Below, in pieces: positions 58,183 through 64,000 of a stretch of DNA of 64,000 nucleotides. Location of the stretch: IMG/VR virus record IMGVR_UViG_3300024999_000030, positions 248,001-312,000 of that record; one strand, 5' to 3'. Both the position numbers and the translations under genes were made by a program. Within the stretch, counting starts at the first letter, position 1. The number at the start of each line of letters is the position of its first letter. The notes under the pieces were generated by a model. That model did no database searches. It was not told the origin of the DNA and worked only from the letters and a program-made list of their open reading frames with translations.

Positions 58183-59032
58183 AGCTGGGTATCCTCAGCC
58201 GACTACATATAATATGAATGAGTTTACAACTCAACCCACAGATTTAGAAAGATGGTCTGTGGCATATAAAAACATATGGAGGTTGGTTGAAATTACAGGC
58301 ACTCCGTTAGGACAAGCTAAGTCTATTATTTTGCGTGGATGGAAAGATACTGAGATTTCTAGATTTTCATCTTGGATGTCTTATTATGAAAATAAAGATG
58401 ACATTAAATATAAAAATGTAGATAAATTGAGTTATTTAGATTGTGATTTCAATATGATAAAACAGGCCGCGCTCAAGGTTGCTGATAACCAAAAATTGTC
58501 TACAGAAATGATTAGTCGTATTAAAGAAGCTAAAACAGTCCAAACTGTTGTTGATTTAATTTATGTGATGAAAAAAGATAAAGTAAAAACTGCAGCCGAA
58601 GAAGGCCCGCATAATAAAGAAAGAATGATGAAAATTTTTAATGTAGTTAGAGATGTTAATAATGAAGTGGCAAGAAAAAAGATAGTGCGTAACTTAGCTC
58701 GTGTCTTGTCAATGGATACAGAGGGTTTGTTTCCAGAAATTCCACAAGCGCTTTCTAAGCTTATTGATGCTTATTCATATTCCGCATCTCGAATTCAAGA
58801 TGTAATGAATAGACTTGGATTACAAATTAGTATGATTCCATCTGAAGACGATGGCGAAGAGGGAGAAAAAATTTCACCCGAGGAAGCTAAAGAGAGTTTT
58901 TTAGCTCCTAAAGAAAACAAAGAAAAGGCGAAACCATCTTCCGCTCCAACTCCCGCCATCGCCCCTTTAAATAAACCTTCAACGAAACCAGAAACGCCAA
59001 TTATTCCCAGACCAGAGAATAGAGGGGTATAA
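58175..59032 (+). CDS. hypothetical protein (putative virion/late)
   Basis: IKQA, LKVA, IKEA, VKTA; Pro-rich tail. Confidence 0.78.
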   Translation: MNKAGYPQPTTYNMNEFTTQPTDLERWSVAYKNIWRLVEITGTPLGQAKSIILRGWKDTEISRFSSWMSYYENKDDIKYKNVDKLSYLDCDFNMIKQAALKVADNQKLSTEMISRIKEAKTVQTVVDLIYVMKKDKVKTAAEEGPHNKERMMKIFNVVRDVNNEVARKKIVRNLARVLSMDTEGLFPEIPQALSKLIDAYSYSASRIQDVMNRLGLQISMIPSEDDGEEGEKISPEEAKESFLAPKENKEKAKPSSAPTPAIAPLNKPSTKPETPIIPRPENRGV

Positions 59033-60684
59033 TGAAAGACGATATTAAAGGGCCCATGGATATAGACATTAATGACGCATCAAATTCTCCCCCAATTGCG
59101 GACACCACAATGATTGGGGGTGGCGATGATAATGTTCTTCCGTTGGACACTGACGTGAGAAAGTTAAAAATAAAACTACGAAAGATGGCAGAAGCGGATG
59201 AACCATCAAAGAAAACATCTGTATTAGGTGACGATTTATTATATGCTAAAATATATGCTCCCTTTGATGATATGGTATCTAAAACTGTTATTTTTTTCTC
59301 TTCAGACAGATTCAAAAATATTATAGATAATGATATATCATTATCTAATCACATAAGAGAAACATATGAAACTATAGAAAAAATTAGAAAACCTCAAGCC
59401 CAAAACGCAGACGTGTCTAAGTATTGGTTTATGGGGACAATAAGTAAGGTATTTAAAGCCTATGTTGATTCGGTAGATGTTAAATCTAAATCTATGTTTT
59501 CAAATGCTAATATAGCAAGTGGTATGTTGTCAACTCTTATTGAAAAACATCATGACCCCGAAGCAGGAAGTTTATATGCGGGGGGAATGGAGGAGAATGC
59601 AATCGGGTCAGCTAAGCATGTTCTTGAATTGATTAAAGATCTTAATCCACAAGAACTTGTTCAAAATGCTTTATTACATCACGCCTTTGCTAGATTATTA
59701 TATATTTATGTAACGTATCAGTGGTTCAGTTCACTTAAACGTTTGGAAGGTGGGCTATCATCTATCTATCCTACGGCTACTTTAATGTCAGTTAAATCAA
59801 AAAGAAAAATTATTTCCACTATTCAAATGGCGCTTGACTCTGCCGGATTTCTACGCCCACCTAAACCCTGGCCCTCTTCAGTGTCAGACGTTAGAATTAT
59901 ATCCTCTAAAGCTTATGAAGTTTTGGGAGATTTTCCATTTTTAGGTGTTGCTATTGATAATGATGTAGCGGTGGCCCTTGAGCGTGCTTCTAAAATTAAA
60001 GCCATAGAATTTCTTCAAAGTAATTATGATAACATTATACTAGAAAGAAAAGACAGAAAAGGAAAAGTAATATATGATAAATCTTTTTTTGACGATGTTA
60101 GTCAAATAGAAGAGATTAAAAAACAAGATAAACTTTTAATATATATGAAAATAGTAAATCAAATTTTAGCAATAAAATTACCAGAACTGTTAGATATCAA
60201 TAGATATAATTTTAAAGAAAGTCGCCTCGCTCCTAGGGCACATACCCTGAGCACTATGAAGGCTATTTCCACATTACTTTCAGCGGTTAAAACTCGTCCC
60301 CTCGCGGAAAATAAAATTGACGAGTATTCCACGTTTATTATGCAATTGATATGGGCAAAAATCCAATATGATTGGCGTACCTCTATGCAAGATTCTGATA
60401 TAATTGATTCTCCTGTGTTTGTTTCTTTAGATAAAGCTGTTTATCACGAATCTAAAGCCAGTCGAGCTAGATTTAATTTCTTTTTTAATCAACAAACAGC
60501 CCCTAAGCAAGACAAAACCATAGACACGGAGTGGTCAAAAACAGTTGTATACTCAGATAGAACAGATAAATCTTTTAATACAGCGGCAACCTGGAAGGAG
60601 ACACATCCCCTAAAACCAGAAATAAAAATACAAGATGTGGACTTAGTCGGATTGTTTAATTCAATGCTGAAAGAATTGAGGTGA
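59032..60684 (+). CDS. hypothetical protein (putative virion/late)
   Basis: Acidic leader ending LRKMA; 550 aa. Confidence 0.8.
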   Translation: MKDDIKGPMDIDINDASNSPPIADTTMIGGGDDNVLPLDTDVRKLKIKLRKMAEADEPSKKTSVLGDDLLYAKIYAPFDDMVSKTVIFFSSDRFKNIIDNDISLSNHIRETYETIEKIRKPQAQNADVSKYWFMGTISKVFKAYVDSVDVKSKSMFSNANIASGMLSTLIEKHHDPEAGSLYAGGMEENAIGSAKHVLELIKDLNPQELVQNALLHHAFARLLYIYVTYQWFSSLKRLEGGLSSIYPTATLMSVKSKRKIISTIQMALDSAGFLRPPKPWPSSVSDVRIISSKAYEVLGDFPFLGVAIDNDVAVALERASKIKAIEFLQSNYDNIILERKDRKGKVIYDKSFFDDVSQIEEIKKQDKLLIYMKIVNQILAIKLPELLDINRYNFKESRLAPRAHTLSTMKAISTLLSAVKTRPLAENKIDEYSTFIMQLIWAKIQYDWRTSMQDSDIIDSPVFVSLDKAVYHESKASRARFNFFFNQQTAPKQDKTIDTEWSKTVVYSDRTDKSFNTAATWKETHPLKPEIKIQDVDLVGLFNSMLKELR

Positions 60685-60687
60685 TAA

Positions 60688-63195
60688 ATGTCTAATATTT
60701 TAATTGCTGAGGATAAAACCGCTCCCTCGTATGTAGAACAATTTAATTCTAAGATTGCTATAGATGTAGATCAAGCAGGACAATATAGTGGACTTAAGGT
60801 TTTATCTTCTGGTAAAGATTATTTTATTATGACTCGCTCATCTAGATCGGAAGATATAACCGTTAATCTTATTTTAACAATAATGTCTGGAAATTTTAGC
60901 GGCTCCTCAATTAAAAGAATGGAAAGAGTTTCTCCAATGGTCCCCGGGACCCAACGTCTATCAGACCAAAAAATAGACACAACTTCAACCAATGTGTTTA
61001 AATCTACAGTAGGTGTGGCCCTGAATGATATTTATATGAGGGCAATTGGAATGCATAAGGTTTTATCTGGAGAAGATGTAAACCTTTCTCCTCTTGGTGG
61101 TAAATCTATAAAAGATGAAATTGAGGAATCAAGAAGAGAGGTATCACAATTATTACAAAGTTATCTTCAAATATATAATAAACCATTAGGTTCAGTTTCA
61201 ATTGATGTTAATGAAATTTTATCTTTTGCAATGGCTAAGTATGCAATTGAATTGGAAAATTTAGCTATGCAAAATCTCAATAGTTTAATGATGCCAATTA
61301 TGAGTAATGTTATAATTCCAGAAGCAAAAAAACTCACTAAAGATTTAGTTAACAAAACAATTCAAGAGTGGAAAGATGGTATTAAATCTGGAGATCCAAG
61401 AGAGATTTTGGGATCATCAGACTATCAAGCTTTAAGTTCCAATCTCTTTAAGCCCCTAGAGAACATGTATAGAGATATGGTAGTATCAGCTAACAAATCT
61501 GCGGATGTTATGATTAGTGTTGTTGAAAGAGTAACGGATGGATATAGCAAAGCTTTAGATAGCGTAATTAAAGAAGGTATTGATAATTATTTTATTTCTT
61601 CGACTCTTAAATTAGCCACAGATTCTGCATTACAACCAAGTGTTATACATATGGTTTCTCAATATTCATCGATAAATGCAGTAGCACAGGCAATTCCCCG
61701 AGCAGCTAAGGTTTTTTTCCATGCCATAGATGACAAAGTAAAAAACACTTCTGGCGAAAATAAATCGTGGAATGTTGTTAATATAGCTCCACATTTGATT
61801 CAAACAAAACCAATGGATACTTTTCAGGATAGGGCTATGGCTGCTTCTCCATCGGTAAACTTATTATCATTAACTAAAACAGCTGCCCTTGAACTTATGG
61901 CTAATGGAAAAATTAATGATGCTTTGGTGGTTACTAAAATAGCAGCGAATTTATCCCGAGCTGATAATTTCAGTACAGATAATCTTAATTTACTTTATTT
62001 TGCTTTACAGGCAGTGGATAGTATAAGTACGGGAGAGGGAGGAAGAGCTATTAAATTGACGGGTATTGTTTCTGGTCGTGCTAAAATAGGAGACTCTATT
62101 CGCAAAATAGCTTTTCCATTAACTAAAAACATTCCTATTCTACAAGACAATCTGAGAGTTATGACGAGTATAGATAAAGTAGTTTTAATGTTGGAAGTAA
62201 AAGATGAAATGCTTAAAGAATACAGTGAGGCTATAATGGCCACCCTTGACTTAGACTCAGTTAGAAAGAAAGAATTAAGTCAATTTGGGGAGTGGGGACA
62301 ATTTGGTAAAGATGGAATAATGCTTAGAACTTGTCAGTCTGTAGCGGATATTATAGAGGTTTTACAAGAGTTATTTATTATATCTACGGCCATTGCTGTG
62401 GGACCATATGGTAAAGATTTATTGATTTCTTTATCTGCTGCTAAACAGATGGAAGATTTAGATGAAAGAAGACAAAGTTTAGCTACTGAAGTTAAAAAAT
62501 CTATAGATTGGTATAGTGCAACAGTTCAAAAACATAAGGGTCAACTTCCTCAATCAGCTTATACAAAAGACTGGATGAGTCAATTAAGGGCCCACACGAT
62601 TACTTCTATGCGGGATATAGATGATTACTATAATAGTGTATATATACCTTCCCTTGAGGCTGTGAGAGAGGCTGGCGCCTACATGGGACAGCTTATGAGG
62701 TCTGGTAATTTACCAAATAGTTTTGCTCAATTGGTGTATGCAAAAGTTAGGTCTCAAACATTCGACTCTTGCCCATTCGGTTTAATAATTCCAAAGGGGT
62801 GTCAGTCGGCTGGGAGATTTATTGATAAATTAGATCCTGTTTTGCAAAATGATAAAGAGGAAGAGGCTGCTAAAAAAGAAGCAAGTAATAGATATAAATT
62901 ACATGAAGCAATAGAGGACAGTAAAATTGAACCTTGTAAATGTAAATATTTACGTTCCCTTATGGAAGAACATAATGTACCCTCAGTGGTGTGTAATTGG
63001 GGAGAGGGGGACGGATTAGGACACGATTCAATCGATTTTACTGAAGGTTTAGGAGCATACTATCCGAACACCTTCATGAGTGGCTTGTTCAGTTTGCCGT
63101 CTGCTTTGGGCCCAGAGGGTCGTGAATCTTGGTTTGCTAGGTCACCCGGCACCACCCCATTTGGGCAGACCTCATGGACGACTCCCGGCCTATAG
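60688..63195 (+). CDS. large hypothetical protein (putative virion/late)
   Basis: 835 aa; LTKTA, VTKIA, IRKIA; C-terminal CPFG...GC...CKC...C cluster. Confidence 0.8.
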   Translation: MSNILIAEDKTAPSYVEQFNSKIAIDVDQAGQYSGLKVLSSGKDYFIMTRSSRSEDITVNLILTIMSGNFSGSSIKRMERVSPMVPGTQRLSDQKIDTTSTNVFKSTVGVALNDIYMRAIGMHKVLSGEDVNLSPLGGKSIKDEIEESRREVSQLLQSYLQIYNKPLGSVSIDVNEILSFAMAKYAIELENLAMQNLNSLMMPIMSNVIIPEAKKLTKDLVNKTIQEWKDGIKSGDPREILGSSDYQALSSNLFKPLENMYRDMVVSANKSADVMISVVERVTDGYSKALDSVIKEGIDNYFISSTLKLATDSALQPSVIHMVSQYSSINAVAQAIPRAAKVFFHAIDDKVKNTSGENKSWNVVNIAPHLIQTKPMDTFQDRAMAASPSVNLLSLTKTAALELMANGKINDALVVTKIAANLSRADNFSTDNLNLLYFALQAVDSISTGEGGRAIKLTGIVSGRAKIGDSIRKIAFPLTKNIPILQDNLRVMTSIDKVVLMLEVKDEMLKEYSEAIMATLDLDSVRKKELSQFGEWGQFGKDGIMLRTCQSVADIIEVLQELFIISTAIAVGPYGKDLLISLSAAKQMEDLDERRQSLATEVKKSIDWYSATVQKHKGQLPQSAYTKDWMSQLRAHTITSMRDIDDYYNSVYIPSLEAVREAGAYMGQLMRSGNLPNSFAQLVYAKVRSQTFDSCPFGLIIPKGCQSAGRFIDKLDPVLQNDKEEEAAKKEASNRYKLHEAIEDSKIEPCKCKYLRSLMEEHNVPSVVCNWGEGDGLGHDSIDFTEGLGAYYPNTFMSGLFSLPSALGPEGRESWFARSPGTTPFGQTSWTTPGL

Positions 63196-63240
63196 TATAT
63201 TAATAAGTTTATATCTAAATTGCAATGTTGGAGGAGTAAA

Positions 63241-63981
63241 ATGAAATATGAGATTGCCACTGATCTTCAGGTAAAGAGCGAAGCTAAAGAGCCTGTTGTC
63301 GCAGCAGAACTTTCTATTAACGATAAAATAAAGAAAGAAGCTTCTGGCCGCCACGTTTATGATGTAGACTCTGCTAGTGGGAAAGAGGCATACGGTAGAA
63401 GTCTTGATTCCGCTATTGAATTTCTGTGGGAAAAGGTAAATCGTAGTGTTGACGTGAGGGCAGATAATAAACTCTCTATTCAACGTGCAGCTAGCTATTA
63501 TGGTGAAATTGATAAGGCTATTTCTACCATCGTTCGTTCTGATGTAGCTGGTATAATGTCTAATGAAGATCTATCTAAGTTTGAAGAAATCCGCATTGCT
63601 ATTAATAAAAAACATGAGGATGTTCTTAAAACCGCATTAGCAGTACACAACAAACCATCTAACGATGAGTGTTTGGAATGTGGTACGTTACTATATGGCG
63701 GTAAATGCATTGCCTGTGAGGGTGATGGCGATATGGTTAAAGAGGCAGGTTCCCCCGCATTACAATTCTTTGAGAGTGGTTTTATTGTTGGAGTTGCCAC
63801 CGACATTATGAATTATGTTGTTACTTCAGGTATGAACTTAACTGATGCGGTTAACACTGCCAAAGAATCATTCGGACTTACAAAACGTGAGGAATATCGT
63901 TTGCGTAAATATCTTAACTATATGGGAATGGTTGCGCCGCAAATGATTTGGCTTCCTCCTTCGGAAACTAGATTTTCTTAA
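63241..63981 (+). CDS. hypothetical protein (putative virion/late)
   Basis: SD GGAGGAG; IKKEA, VLKTA, MVKEA; the last two bracket a CLEC...CIAC zinc ribbon. Confidence 0.8.
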   Translation: MKYEIATDLQVKSEAKEPVVAAELSINDKIKKEASGRHVYDVDSASGKEAYGRSLDSAIEFLWEKVNRSVDVRADNKLSIQRAASYYGEIDKAISTIVRSDVAGIMSNEDLSKFEEIRIAINKKHEDVLKTALAVHNKPSNDECLECGTLLYGGKCIACEGDGDMVKEAGSPALQFFESGFIVGVATDIMNYVVTSGMNLTDAVNTAKESFGLTKREEYRLRKYLNYMGMVAPQMIWLPPSETRFS

Positions 63982-64000
63982 AAATGGGGGCTCTCACATA

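Noticed and set aside
1-64000. Stop-codon reassignment as seen in some large phages
   Set aside because: Conserved genes are full length under code 11, and TAA, TAG and TGA all end genes at sensible positions.

Overview
AT-rich (roughly one-third GC by eye), gene-dense segment of what is almost certainly a large or jumbo bacteriophage genome. Genes use the standard code and nearly all lie on the + strand; only one convincing gene is on the minus strand. 0-30 kb is accessory: ATP-dependent DNA ligase, a tandem family of Cys-rich paralogs, MoxR-type AAA+/metallopeptidase-vWA modules, RtcB, a radical-SAM-like protein, two free-standing endonucleases, FtsK, a sigma-70-family factor, PIN-PhoH, ribosomal protein bS21 and an iteron-like putative origin. 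30-35 kb and 43-53 kb hold replication, recombination and translation-support genes (SbcCD, RecB-like nuclease, trigger factor, split DnaE, HU/IHF, gp32-like SSB, RuvC, RecA, split DnaG). 35-42 kb and 53.6-64 kb hold proteins punctuated by a recurring hydrophobic-x-K-x-A motif. The most striking candidate system is a pair of tRNA nucleotidyltransferase-family genes, one fused into a polyprotein (CCA/HD + topoisomerase IB + HExxH domain) whose leader and several domain junctions carry the same K-x-A motif. This suggests protease-processed, virion-packaged enzyme cargo, which is an inference only. Also seen: six copies of a TTGACT-N17-TATATT promoter, a second CTATTAATAA-N13-TGGCGT motif ahead of the putative late blocks, and a GC-rich structured intergenic element at ~513-660. 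No tRNA, rRNA or CRISPR array was recognised. All family calls come from motif recognition by eye, not database searches.
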